Shown here piece by piece: positions 1 through 9,225 of a stretch of DNA of 64,000 bases; position 1 is the first letter of the stretch; the number at the start of each line of letters is the position of its first letter. This DNA comes from an uncultured Chloracidobacterium sp. (GTDB taxonomy: Bacteria; Acidobacteriota; Blastocatellia; Pyrinomonadales; Pyrinomonadaceae). The notes beneath the pieces are model-generated. The model ran no database searches and was not told the DNA's origin. It was given only the letters and a program-made list of their open reading frames with translations. Made by a program: the position numbers and the translations under genes. Location: the NCBI GenBank assembly GCA_964528325.1, contig CAZGSC010000001.1:6003-70002 (forward strand), read 5' to 3'.

Positions 1-1039
1 ATTCCAGTCTGTTAGTCAGTTCAAAAGCTTGTTGCTTCTTGAGTTCCGGGGGACCTACGAGGTCGGTTCCAAGGGCGATTTTGGCCTTGTACTTCTTCGC
101 CAGGTTGAAGAGTACGTCCAGTCCTTCCTTGGCCTTACGCTGTTTAGCCTGCTGGTCTTCGGACCAATCCGGAGGCGGGTCAGACAGATACACGCCGGTT
201 TGAGTGCAGACATACGCGCCCTTCTTGACGAGAAGTTTTACCGTATCTTCTGTGATGATAGTTGCGTGTTCGATGGACATCGCTCCGGCTTCCAATGCCT
301 GTTGTGTGCCTGCATCGTTGTACGTGTGAACGGCCAAGTAGGTATTCCAACGCCGGGCCTCGTCTGCGGCGGCCTTGATCTCCTCAAAGGAGTATTCGAC
401 GATGTCCAGCGGGTCGTAGACGCCACTGACCGCTCCGCTGGTGTACATCTTCAGGAAATGCGCCCCTTTGCGCATTTGTAGGCGCGCCGCGCTGAGCACC
501 TCGGGTACGCCATCAGCAATAATGCTCATCCCGATCTGTTCGACATCGGTCCATGCCGGCCCTCCCAATTGGCGGGGCAATGTGTGGTTAGTCTTCACAT
601 CGGCGTGGCCGGAGGTCATGCCAAGCCCTGCACAGGAGGACCAGATACGTGGACCAACAAAGTGTCCTTCGTCGATGGCCCTTTTGGCTCCTAGCACCTG
701 GCCGGAGATGTCGCGAACGCTCGTGTATCCGCGCATCAAAGTAGCTTTGGCTTCAACAAGGACCAGAGAAGCGAGGTAATCAGGCGGAGCACTGAACATC
801 TCAGCCGGACTCACGTTCCACTGCAAGTGGGCATGGGCATCGATCAATCCCGGTGTCATTGTGCGACCTTTCGCATCAATGACCTTCGCACCGGCCGGGG
901 CTTTGATCGATTTGCCGACTTTCCCGATCTTGTTGCCTGCGATGAGCACGCTCATGCCTGCCGCCAACTTTTTGCTCTTACCGTCGAAGATGTTCGCGTT
1001 CGTTATTAGTGTTGATTGAGATGCATTCTTCGTTGTCAT
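1..1039 (-). CDS. amidohydrolase-superfamily metal-dependent hydrolase (3' end runs off the window)
   Basis: The minus-strand frame is open from the ATG at 1039-1037 to the window edge, with a GGAGAGGAG run just upstream. It is absent from the ORF track because it has no stop in the window. My translation starts MTTKNASQSTLITNANIFDGKSKKL...GRTMTPGLIDAHAHL, which carries the HxH metal-binding motif of the amidohydrolase fold. Confidence 0.8.
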   Translation of the reverse strand, partial: MTTKNASQSTLITNANIFDGKSKKLAAGMSVLIAGNKIGKVGKSIKAPAGAKVIDAKGRTMTPGLIDAHAHLQWNVSPAEMFSAPPDYLASLVLVEAKATLMRGYTSVRDISGQVLGAKRAIDEGHFVGPRIWSSCAGLGMTSGHADVKTNHTLPRQLGGPAWTDVEQIGMSIIADGVPEVLSAARLQMRKGAHFLKMYTSGAVSGVYDPLDIVEYSFEEIKAAADEARRWNTYLAVHTYNDAGTQQALEAGAMSIEHATIITEDTVKLLVKKGAYVCTQTGVYLSDPPPDWSEDQQAKQRKAKEGLDVLFNLAKKYKAKIALGTDLVGPPELKKQQAFELTNRLE

Positions 1040-1060
1040 GATCTCCTCTCCTTCGTTGTA

Positions 1061-1300
1061 TTAACCCACAACTGCTTTCATCACCCGCACCCAGTTGCCG
1101 CCCCAGATCTTGGCGATGTCCTCTTTCTTGTAGCCGCGGGCAAGCAGTGCGTCGGTCAAGTTGAACAGCGTTTTTGGGGTCTCGACGCCCTGCGGATAGA
1201 TCAACACGTCGTACGGGTAGGTCTTCTTGTCCCACGCGCCGGAATCGATCATCACCTTATAGGCCGCCTTCTGCTGCGCTTCCGCTGCCTGCAGCAACAT
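1061..1300 (-). pseudogene. C-terminal fragment of a membrane dipeptidase (peptidase M19-like), 5'-truncated
   Basis: The 79-aa ORF ends ...LTDALLARGYKKEDIAKIWGGNWVRVMKAVVG, which resembles the conserved C-terminus of renal/M19 dipeptidases (typically about 350-400 aa). The in-frame sequence upstream of 1300 hits a stop at 1385-1387 and shows no dipeptidase-like residues. Confidence 0.55.
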
Positions 1301-2493
1301 TTGTCGATCAGATCGATCAGGCGGCTCGTTATCTGCGTTCCAATAACAATCAGACCTCAGGTATTGACGGTCAGAATTGGGATGTTAGCGTTAAGTCGAT
1401 CGCCCATTACCCAACTGTCGTCTTTTCGATGAGCGAGAATCTGGATCTGACAACAGCAATAGGCCAGGCGTTCGTTGCGCAACCGGACGCCTTATTCGAT
1501 TCCATCCAGCGATTGCGCGATAAGGCAAAAGACAATGGTTCCCTGCAGACCACTCAGGAACAGACCGTCGAGGTCGAAAGAGAAAAGATCTCTATCCAGC
1601 CCGCTCAGCCACAGTACATTTATGTGCCCACCTATGACCCTCAGATCGTCTATGTACCCGTTAATTCCGGCCCTTCAACCGGTGTCGTCGTTGCACGGGC
1701 GATCACCTTTACTGCAGGCTTGTTAATAGGGGCCTGGCTGAACAATGACTGTGACTGGTATTCACATAGGGTGTTCTATCACGGTTGGCACGGCCGGGGA
1801 TGGATCGGGCGCTCAAGCGTTCACATTCATGTGCACAACAGCATATACGTTAACGCCAGGTACTCGCGTATCAATTTGAACCGGACAATAGTTAATCGCC
1901 GCGTCAACTACAACAATATTAGTCATTACAGCAGTGTCAGCCGTGATCTGAATTACAAAAACATTAAGGGGACGAGAGATATTAATCGGATCAACAACAA
2001 TAACATCAACACCAAAGACATCAATCGCAATCCCAGCACCAAAGACATCAATCGCAATCCCAGCACCAGAGACATCAATCGTAATCCCAGCACTAGGGAC
2101 ATCAATCGTAATCCCGGCAATACGGACATCAATCGCAATCCCGGCACCAGGGACATCAATCGAAATCCCGGCACCAGGGACATCAATCGAAACCCTAGTA
2201 CAAGAGAGGTTCCGAGCACCAAGAACATTCCCCGCAACCTCGATCGAAACATTAATCGGGACAACCGCGGTCTGGATAGTTACCGGGGGAAGGCGCCCAA
2301 ATCGACGACGGCGCCCACCACTAGGATGCCTTCGCCTCAACCACGGTCCGGAGCTTTTGGCGGATTCGGCAACGGAGCTCAGACCCGGTCGATGGGTGAC
2401 CGGGGCCGGACCAGCCGATCCATCTCAACGCCGACGCCGAGAAGCACTCCAAGGAGGATGCCAAGTATCAGTCCACGGCGTGGGAAAAGGTAA
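1294..2493 (+). pseudogene. DUF3300-like protein lacking its N-terminal signal peptide and first repeat (5'-truncated), with a repeat-rich C-terminus
   Basis: From about 1294 the ORF reads ATFVDQIDQAARYL...WDVSVKSIAHYPTVVFSMSENLDLTTAIGQAFVAQPDALFDSIQRLRDKAKDNGSL...YIYVPTYDPQIVYVP, matching the central and C-terminal part of DUF3300. The 46 codons from the track ATG at 1174 are antisense to the dipeptidase fragment and are not signal-peptide-like. The gene may still be translated from 1174 or 1427, so pseudogene status is uncertain. Confidence 0.55.
2011..2199 (+). repeat. seven tandem 27-bp in-frame repeats encoding T(K/R)DINRNP(S/G)
   Basis: The unit accaaagacatcaatcgcaatcccagc and near-identical variants repeat head to tail from 2011 to 2199. 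In the DUF3300-like frame they translate to TKDINRNPS, TKDINRNPS, TRDINRNPS, TRDINRNPG, NTDINRNPG, TRDINRNPG, TRDINRNPS. Confidence 0.9.
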
Positions 2494-2557
2494 GCTTCTG
2501 CCTGATAGGAGAATTAACGTGAAACATCGAGTAACAGATCTTAATAGGAAGACGGTC

Positions 2558-3478
2558 ATGCGGAGCCTGATGTTTTCCTACGTGTTGGTAATAATGGTTG
2601 CCGGTGCATTAAGGGTGCAATGCCAGCAGCTATTTGGCAGCCCGGATGACGCGGCCGAGGCCTTGATCATTGCAACGAAAGCACACGATCAAGCTGCGTT
2701 GGCAACGATCTTTGGCCCGAGACTGAAGGACCTATTATCGGGCGACAGCGTCGCGGACAAGAATGCATTCGATGACTTTGCCGCGAAGATCGAAGCGTCT
2801 GCAAAGTTCGAAACAATGAACGACAGCAAAGCCACTATACTGATCGGAGATGATGACTGGCCGTTTGCTGTCCCGATCGTAAGAGTGGGTGACAAATGGA
2901 GGTTTGATACGGATGCCGGGGTCGAAGAGGTCATAAACCGGCGTATTGGAAGGAACGAGACCGAGGCGATCTCGGTATGTCAGGTGTATGCCCTCGCTCA
3001 ATTTGAATACTTTAACGGAGAAGACCGGGACGGAGATCAGGTCGCCGAATTTGCTCAGAGAATTGCGAGTTCACCGGGCAAACACGACGGCCTGTTTTGG
3101 CCCAAGATTTTTGACGACGACGAAGAGAGCCCGCTAGGCGAATTTATTGCTGATGCTGCTGCCGAAGGTTATAAGACAAGGGCCGGAATGGTCGCTACCA
3201 AGAACCCTTTTCATGGATATCATTTTAAGATCCTATACGGCCAGGGGCCGAGTGCTCCGGGCGGGAAATTTGATTATGTGATCAATGGCAATATGATCGC
3301 AGGTTTCGCACTCGTAGCCTACCCCGCAAACTGGGGAAACTCGGGGATCATGACGTTTGTGGTAAACCAGGAAGGGCGGGTCTATCAAAAGAATCTTGGG
3401 CCGAAAACAGCATCCATTGCCCGCTCGATGATCAAATATGATCCAGACGTTTCATGGACTCTTGCTAATACGGACTGA
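2558..3478 (+). CDS. DUF2950-family secreted protein
   Basis: The start is taken at MRSLMFSYVLVIMVAGALRVQCQQ (signal-like). It is followed by FGSPDDAAEALIIATKAHDQAALATIFGP...DDWPFAVPIVRVGDKWRFD...NETEAISVCQVYALAQFEYF, typical of DUF2950. It lies directly downstream of DUF3300, its usual partner. Confidence 0.7.
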   Translation: MRSLMFSYVLVIMVAGALRVQCQQLFGSPDDAAEALIIATKAHDQAALATIFGPRLKDLLSGDSVADKNAFDDFAAKIEASAKFETMNDSKATILIGDDDWPFAVPIVRVGDKWRFDTDAGVEEVINRRIGRNETEAISVCQVYALAQFEYFNGEDRDGDQVAEFAQRIASSPGKHDGLFWPKIFDDDEESPLGEFIADAAAEGYKTRAGMVATKNPFHGYHFKILYGQGPSAPGGKFDYVINGNMIAGFALVAYPANWGNSGIMTFVVNQEGRVYQKNLGPKTASIARSMIKYDPDVSWTLANTD

Positions 3479-3503
3479 GCCTCTTTCAGGTCCTACTCTG
3501 GCG

Positions 3504-4316
3504 ATGAGTCGGTGCAGATGGACGAGAAATGAAATGGGACCGCTTACGCAAATTATTAGGCTCACCATATTTATCCTGTTTGTTGGATGTACTGCATCGT
3601 TGGCCCAGTCTTCGTCAGCGGGGCCGCAGAATGAAGTTCAGTTTCGGGGCGATCTCAGATATCTATCTGGTGACGCGAATTTTTCGGGAAATAACGATTC
3701 AGGTTCAACCATCAGCTTTGGCGCGGATTTCAACCTCGATAGGTCGGTTGGCTACGATCTGCGATACGTACGCAGGTCAAAGAATGACAGGCACAAGTTC
3801 GTCGCCCATTTTAGCAGCTCCGACTGGGGCCGCTCGGCATCTTTAAGCCGTAATTTTACATTTTTGGGACATACCTATGTCGCACACTTAGAGATCGATC
3901 TCGATGTATCGCTCAAGACATTTGGCGGCTCTTATGCTTACCGCTGGGGAAATAAGAAAGTGCGTTTTGGGCCAAAGGTCGATGCGGGGCTCGTTAATGT
4001 TGGGGTAAAGCTAACAGGTACGACTACCTCCGGATCGGCAACTGCAAAAGGCACTATTAGAAAACCGGTCGCAACCGCGGGGTACGAATTTGAGGCTAAC
4101 CCGTCGTCAAAGGTGAGTATTTTTCACGAGTTGGGCGGGATAGTGTTTCAAGGGCAGCATGTTCTCAGTGTCGAAGGTGGGATCAAGTTCTCGCCGTTTC
4201 GGTATTTCGGCATAATGGGCGGGTACACATACCAGCGATACAAACTCATGAAGGACGATTCGCTTGTGGTTATCAGACAACAAGGACCATTTGCTGGGAT
4301 AGCTATTCGTTTTTGA
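3504..4316 (+). CDS. small outer-membrane beta-barrel protein
   Basis: It has a signal-like N-terminus (MGPLTQIIRLTIFILFVGCTASLAQS; the start could be 3504 or 3534). The body has an alternating beta-strand pattern and the C-terminus ends in aromatic ...GIAIRF, as in OMP barrels. Confidence 0.55.
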   Translation: MSRCRWTRNEMGPLTQIIRLTIFILFVGCTASLAQSSSAGPQNEVQFRGDLRYLSGDANFSGNNDSGSTISFGADFNLDRSVGYDLRYVRRSKNDRHKFVAHFSSSDWGRSASLSRNFTFLGHTYVAHLEIDLDVSLKTFGGSYAYRWGNKKVRFGPKVDAGLVNVGVKLTGTTTSGSATAKGTIRKPVATAGYEFEANPSSKVSIFHELGGIVFQGQHVLSVEGGIKFSPFRYFGIMGGYTYQRYKLMKDDSLVVIRQQGPFAGIAIRF

Positions 4317-4458
4317 ACACCTTAACAGGCCAGTCGGCACCCTTGGTCAATTGGGTCGGCGCCCGCGTACTTTACTAAACAGAGAGCCGATAAGGCATGT
4401 GTCACGAAATGCGGCGTACAATAGGCAACGTGGCAATTCAAGATCGAGGACTTAGATC

Positions 4459-6681
4459 ATGACTAGGAAATTCACTTTAGTTCTTTTTATCGCATTTCTT
4501 CTCTGGTTTCCGTGCAATGCCAATACTCAGAATGATCTGCCAAAGAAACGGCCGACCGTCGGACTGGTGCTGAGCGGAGGTGGTGCCCGCGGCTTTGCTC
4601 ATGTTGGTGTCTTAAAAGTTCTCGAGGCCAATCACATACCGGTCGACTATATTGCCGGGGCAAGCATGGGTGGACTGATCGGAGCTTTATACGCGATGGG
4701 GATGAGCCCCGAGGAGATGGAGAAGTTGATCGCACGGTTAGATTGGTCGCGGCTCTTACGCCCGTTGCCTGCTGTAGACGACCTGTCCTACCGGCGAAAG
4801 GAGGACCGTCTGAACATTCCGGCACCGCTCACGCTCAAGGGACAGGGTGCTGATCTAAAGCTGCCGAACGCTCTTAATACGGGTCATGAGATTGGCCTGC
4901 TGTTTGACCGATTGACGCTCCGGTATGCATCCGTTACCAATTTTGCCGATCTTCCGATACCATTCAGTGCGGTCGGAACTGACATGCTTAGGGGAGATGC
5001 AGTTGTGCTGAACACAGGTTCACTTTCTCGTTCCTTGAGGGCAACAATGTCGATACCGGGCGTGTTCGCACCGGTCAGCGTGGACGGCAGATACCTCTCC
5101 GACGGAGGCCTCGTAAATAACATTCCTACCGATATAGTCAAAGCGATGGGAGCCGATATCGTAATCGTGGTTAACATCGAATCGCAGATTGGTGGCCGCG
5201 AAGTGCTCGATAGCCTGCCAGGCGTTTTGTCTCAAACCATAAATATCTCAACGCTGGATAATTCACGCCGAAGCCTTCGGCAGGCGGATTTCATTATTGC
5301 ACCGGAACTGGGTGGGTATACGGCTGCGGATTTTTCCAAAAGCAAGGAGATCACCGAACTGGGTGTAAAAGGAGCCGAACAGAAGATGGCACTCCTTGGT
5401 TCTATCTCGCTCAATGACGCCGACTGGGCTGAGCACCTCGCTGCGCGGAGGAGGCGGCAGCTTCCCGATGTTGCCCCTATACCCGAATTGGTCGCGGTGG
5501 TTGGCGAGAGACCCGAATCGGCCGCGATGATAAAGCGAAAACTGGGCGATAAATATGACGGTCAGCCACTCGACGACAAAAGGCAGGACGCCCTTGCTAA
5601 GGACCTGTCAGAACTTACCGGCACTGAACGGTTTGATTCGCTCGGCTATCAGGTCGAAACAAAGCAAGGACGAAAGGAACTTGTTATCGGCTCAAACAGC
5701 ATCAATGGCCGGGCGTTTAAGCAAACCCGATTAGAACTCGGAATGGACGTAAACAGTGTCACATCCGACTCCCTGAATTTTAATTTGCTCGCCCGGCTAA
5801 CGTTCTTCGATGTCGGCAAATACGGTGCGGAATGGCGGAATGATGTTCAGATCGGCTCAAATTGGCTGTTTGCAAGTGAATATTTTCGGCCGCTCGGTCG
5901 AACGCGGTTCTTTCTTGCCCCGCGCCTGTCCTATGATCGGCACCCTGTCGATATTTTTACAGACGGTGACAGGGTCGCAAGGTATACCGCTCAGGATGCA
6001 AGGATCGGCATCGATGTGGGGTACGGCTTCAGCAGCCGAAATGAAGTTAGAGTTGGCTACGCCTTCGGGTACGAGAGCGACAACCGTCAGATCGGAGATC
6101 CGGTGCTGTCGAACATGAGCGGAACCTATAGTACGGCCGGCCTTCGGTGGACATACGACAGCCTGGACAATACAGTGATTCCGACCCGAGGCGTATTGTC
6201 GCGAAATTCAATCAACTATTATTTCAGGAGTCCTGGCGCGCACGGCAACTTAACACAAGCCGAAACGCGCACGAGTGCTTTCCATTCTATCGGTGACCGA
6301 AACATAGTGTTCGGATTTGGCGGTATCGGAAGTTCTTTTGGCGACGCGGCGCCGGAGCTTCGGCAATTTGCCCTTGGTGGATTGTTCCGTGTTGGCGGTT
6401 ATGGAACTGCGGAGTTTCGCGGGAGCAATTACCTGCATGGCGGCGCCGGCATTCTGAATAGCCCGAAGGCGTTTCCGACCATTTTGGGCAAAAAGATCTA
6501 CCTTGGAGTTTGGTATGAGGGCGGCAGCATCTATCAAAAGATCAGCACCGCAAAATACCTGCAAAGCGTTTCAGGCGGATCGATATTGGATACCCCGATC
6601 GGCCCGGTCTTCGTCGGCGGCGGAGTCAACGACAACGGTAATGGCCAGTTCTATTTTTCGTTCGGCCACATTTTCAGGTAA
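4459..6681 (+). CDS. patatin-like phospholipase fused to a C-terminal Omp85/surface-antigen beta-barrel (PlpD-like, type Vd secretion architecture)
   Basis: It has a signal peptide, then GLVLSGGGARGFAHVGVLKVLE and the GASMGG serine-lipase motif, then DGGLVNN (catalytic Asp region). The C-terminal ~300 aa are beta-barrel-like and end ...GQFYFSFGHIFR. Confidence 0.8.
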   Translation: MTRKFTLVLFIAFLLWFPCNANTQNDLPKKRPTVGLVLSGGGARGFAHVGVLKVLEANHIPVDYIAGASMGGLIGALYAMGMSPEEMEKLIARLDWSRLLRPLPAVDDLSYRRKEDRLNIPAPLTLKGQGADLKLPNALNTGHEIGLLFDRLTLRYASVTNFADLPIPFSAVGTDMLRGDAVVLNTGSLSRSLRATMSIPGVFAPVSVDGRYLSDGGLVNNIPTDIVKAMGADIVIVVNIESQIGGREVLDSLPGVLSQTINISTLDNSRRSLRQADFIIAPELGGYTAADFSKSKEITELGVKGAEQKMALLGSISLNDADWAEHLAARRRRQLPDVAPIPELVAVVGERPESAAMIKRKLGDKYDGQPLDDKRQDALAKDLSELTGTERFDSLGYQVETKQGRKELVIGSNSINGRAFKQTRLELGMDVNSVTSDSLNFNLLARLTFFDVGKYGAEWRNDVQIGSNWLFASEYFRPLGRTRFFLAPRLSYDRHPVDIFTDGDRVARYTAQDARIGIDVGYGFSSRNEVRVGYAFGYESDNRQIGDPVLSNMSGTYSTAGLRWTYDSLDNTVIPTRGVLSRNSINYYFRSPGAHGNLTQAETRTSAFHSIGDRNIVFGFGGIGSSFGDAAPELRQFALGGLFRVGGYGTAEFRGSNYLHGGAGILNSPKAFPTILGKKIYLGVWYEGGSIYQKISTAKYLQSVSGGSILDTPIGPVFVGGGVNDNGNGQFYFSFGHIFR

Positions 6682-7105
6682 TCGCAACGCGACTCGTCTT
6701 TTAACGTTCAGGACTGAATTCCACCGAGTGTGCCGTTGCTGCCCTGATCGTCCAAGCAATGGCGAATTTTGGCTCGATCGCTTTGTTAGTGCTTTACGCC
6801 GTGATTTTCGCAAAGAGTCAATTTGGAGAGTCTGTTGTAAAAACGATTCTAAGGCAGTTTTTCTTAGTATTTTGTACCTCATAGTATTGTTCGCGTCCGC
6901 AATGTTGATTAGGTTGATCGCTTCTTTGTTGGATAGGCTGTGAGAGAACCCGTAAGGCCGATAAAAAATCTGCCTCACCAGAACCTTTACTCACGGACCT
7001 CCAAAGTGAAGATCGACGATAAAAAACGCTGAGCAGTTTCGCAGCCAGACAGTGTTGTTATACCGACCAGAAGAGCTGGTCATTGAGAAAAGAGAGGAAA
7101 TCCTG

Positions 7106-8689
7106 ATGAACAATCATAATCGACAAACGCATATCAAATTCGTGCTTCTACTTTTGACTTTTTTGCTATTTGTATTGATCGGGGAGGGAGTGAAAGCTCA
7201 GAGCAGTGTACCAAATCTACTTAGTTACTCTGATCTTGTAACGCTTTACGAAAATGACAACCCACCGCAGCCGCTGCAAACTAAGCTGGATAATCTACTG
7301 AACGGCGTTTTCATAGACAATACTCTCAGCCCACGCGCCGCCGTCACTGCGCGCCGATCAAAAGGCCTCAACGTGGCGATGTGGAATATCGAACGCGGCC
7401 TCGAGTTTAAGGCTCTCAAGGCCGCTCTAACGCGTGACGAAAGATTCTTTCATCACATTCCAGATGCCGAGCGCTCAAAGAAATTTATCATCAAAGATGT
7501 AATCGCTGAATTGAAGCGCTTGAGCACTGCCGATATCGTCGTTCTAAATGAGGTTGATTGGGGGCTAAAGCGTACAGATTATCGGAATGTAGCAAGGGAG
7601 TTGGCGGTTGCCGCGAAGATGAATTACGCCTACGCCGTCGAATTTGTGGAAGTCGATCCGCTAACGCTCGGTACCGAAACACTGGAAGGGGAAAACAGCC
7701 GCGACAAAGGTGAAATGGTAAAACACCTGACGGTCGACAAGTCGCGCACCCTTGGGCTTCATGGCACTGCGATCCTAAGCAGGTTTCCGCTTCGAAACGT
7801 TCGAGTTATTCGCTTTAAGAACCTGGGACACGACTGGTATGCGGATGAAAAGAAAAAAGTCTCGGCGCTCGAAAAGGGTAAGCGAAAGGGTGCTGGTCTC
7901 GTCTTTAGTGAAAAGATCCTGCGTGAGGTTCGACGCGGTGGACGCATGATGATCCTCGCTGATATTGAAGATCAACGGCTTGAAGGTGGGATATTAACGG
8001 TGGTCGCGACGCACCTTGAGCAGAAAACAAAACCCAGCGAGCGAGTCAAACAACTGGAAGAACTGCTCACAAGTATAAAAGACATCAATCACACCGTAGT
8101 GGTGGCCGGCGACATGAATACCTCCGGCACTGATTCGACCCCAACGTCGTTCGAACGCGAGGTCAAGAAGCGAATGGGAAGTAGTTCGTACTGGGTGAAC
8201 AAGGGAATCAAGTATGCCACTGGAGTTGGTTTTCTTTATGACCTCACTTTCGGTTTGATTAAGGCTCAACGGACCAAAAGCGACCCCACCGTCAAGAGCG
8301 TTCGATTTGTATCGGAAAACCCGGAAGAAAAGTTCTTTACCACATTAAAGCAATTTCGGTTTTCCGATGGTAACGCCTTCGATTTCCGGGGCGCGAAGGA
8401 CTACTCTGTCGGTGGTAGCACGGCTACCTTGTCCGATTCCAACGAGCGGGCGTCGAAAGGATTTGTTAGCACTCTCGATCTGGAAGGGAAAGTTACCATT
8501 CGCTTGAAGCTCGACTGGATTTTCGTGAGACCGCCAAGACTTACAGATCCTGTTGACCGGGCGCAACCGTATTTGATGGCACCCCAGTTTGGCCGAACAC
8601 TAAAAGCTCTGAATTTCAGTCTAAAGGATCGTATCTCGGATCACAGTCCTCTAATAGTTGAACTGCCATTTAAGGAACGCGCGCAATAA
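7106..8689 (+). CDS. secreted endonuclease/exonuclease/phosphatase (EEP) family protein
   Basis: The start is taken at MNNHNRQTHIKFVLLLLTFLLFVLIGEGVKAQS, after a GAGAGGAAA run. EEP motifs are present: NVAMWNIERG, VVLNEVDWG, VATHLE, GDMNT and a terminal SDHSPLIVEL. Confidence 0.75.
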   Translation: MNNHNRQTHIKFVLLLLTFLLFVLIGEGVKAQSSVPNLLSYSDLVTLYENDNPPQPLQTKLDNLLNGVFIDNTLSPRAAVTARRSKGLNVAMWNIERGLEFKALKAALTRDERFFHHIPDAERSKKFIIKDVIAELKRLSTADIVVLNEVDWGLKRTDYRNVARELAVAAKMNYAYAVEFVEVDPLTLGTETLEGENSRDKGEMVKHLTVDKSRTLGLHGTAILSRFPLRNVRVIRFKNLGHDWYADEKKKVSALEKGKRKGAGLVFSEKILREVRRGGRMMILADIEDQRLEGGILTVVATHLEQKTKPSERVKQLEELLTSIKDINHTVVVAGDMNTSGTDSTPTSFEREVKKRMGSSSYWVNKGIKYATGVGFLYDLTFGLIKAQRTKSDPTVKSVRFVSENPEEKFFTTLKQFRFSDGNAFDFRGAKDYSVGGSTATLSDSNERASKGFVSTLDLEGKVTIRLKLDWIFVRPPRLTDPVDRAQPYLMAPQFGRTLKALNFSLKDRISDHSPLIVELPFKERAQ

Positions 8690-9114
8690 GCTGTTGGTGA
8701 GGTCGGATCAAATGTAGATCGGGCGTCCCAGATGCTACTGAACCACTGATCCTCGCCCCGAGAGTTTACCTGACTCTTAGCTCCCGGCTACTAGATCTTG
8801 CTTGTCTGCAAAGAGTGCGATCTCGGAAACATGGTGGAGGCGATCAAGTTTGTTTGCGTGGAAAATTAGGAACACATTCCTGACGGCCGCTCACTGACTT
8901 CGATTCCGAACCTCTTTCCTCGAGCGTCAGGGTTTCGCAGCGGTTGAAATCTGACAAAAAAACGTTCTTGCCGCGCGAAAATATTTGCAACAAACCGCGG
9001 ATTTTTGCATACCTCATATCTCCCCGTTTCGCGATAAATCAGGGCGACACTCACGGCACGCGATTTGCCAATTATGCGTTCAAGAAAAAGCTACTTCGGC
9101 TCGAATGCCGGCAC

Positions 9115-9225
9115 TTCGGTGCCGTGGGCGGGTACACCTACCAGCGGTACAAACTCGTGACCGACGACTCACTCGTGGTCATCAGACAACAAAGACCAAT
9201 TATTGGAATAACCTTTAGCTTCTGA
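9115..9225 (+). pseudogene. displaced 3'-end fragment of the beta-barrel OMP gene (paralogous to 4206-4316)
   Basis: FGAVGGYTYQRYKLVTDDSLVVIRQQRPIIGITFSF* aligns with FGIMGGYTYQRYKLMKDDSLVVIRQQGPFAGIAIRF* at the end of 3504-4316. That is 26 of 36 residues by my count, and both end at a stop. Nucleotide similarity is visible. The upstream sequence is unrelated. Confidence 0.7.

Noticed and set aside
29-1009. Plus-strand ORFs 29-481, 441-779 and 827-1009
   Set aside because: They lie antisense to a continuous minus-strand frame with clear amidohydrolase motifs. Their translations are Arg/Cys/Pro-rich and family-less, as expected for shadow ORFs.
1174-1293. The N-terminal 40 codons of the 439-aa track ORF as genuine DUF3300 N-terminus
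   Set aside because: This stretch is the reverse complement of the dipeptidase remnant's coding sequence. It is Arg/Ser/Pro-rich with no signal peptide. DUF3300 similarity begins only at about 1294.
2011-2199. Possible CRISPR array or minisatellite
   Set aside because: The 27-bp units are contiguous with no spacers. They are in frame within a coding region and are not palindromic, so this is a coding tandem repeat and not a CRISPR array.
1813-2340. Minus-strand ORFs 1813-2340 and 1953-2264 (repetitive LRLMSLV / IDV...AGI peptides)
   Set aside because: They stay open only because they are antisense to the 27-bp in-frame tandem repeats. They have no start context or family resemblance.
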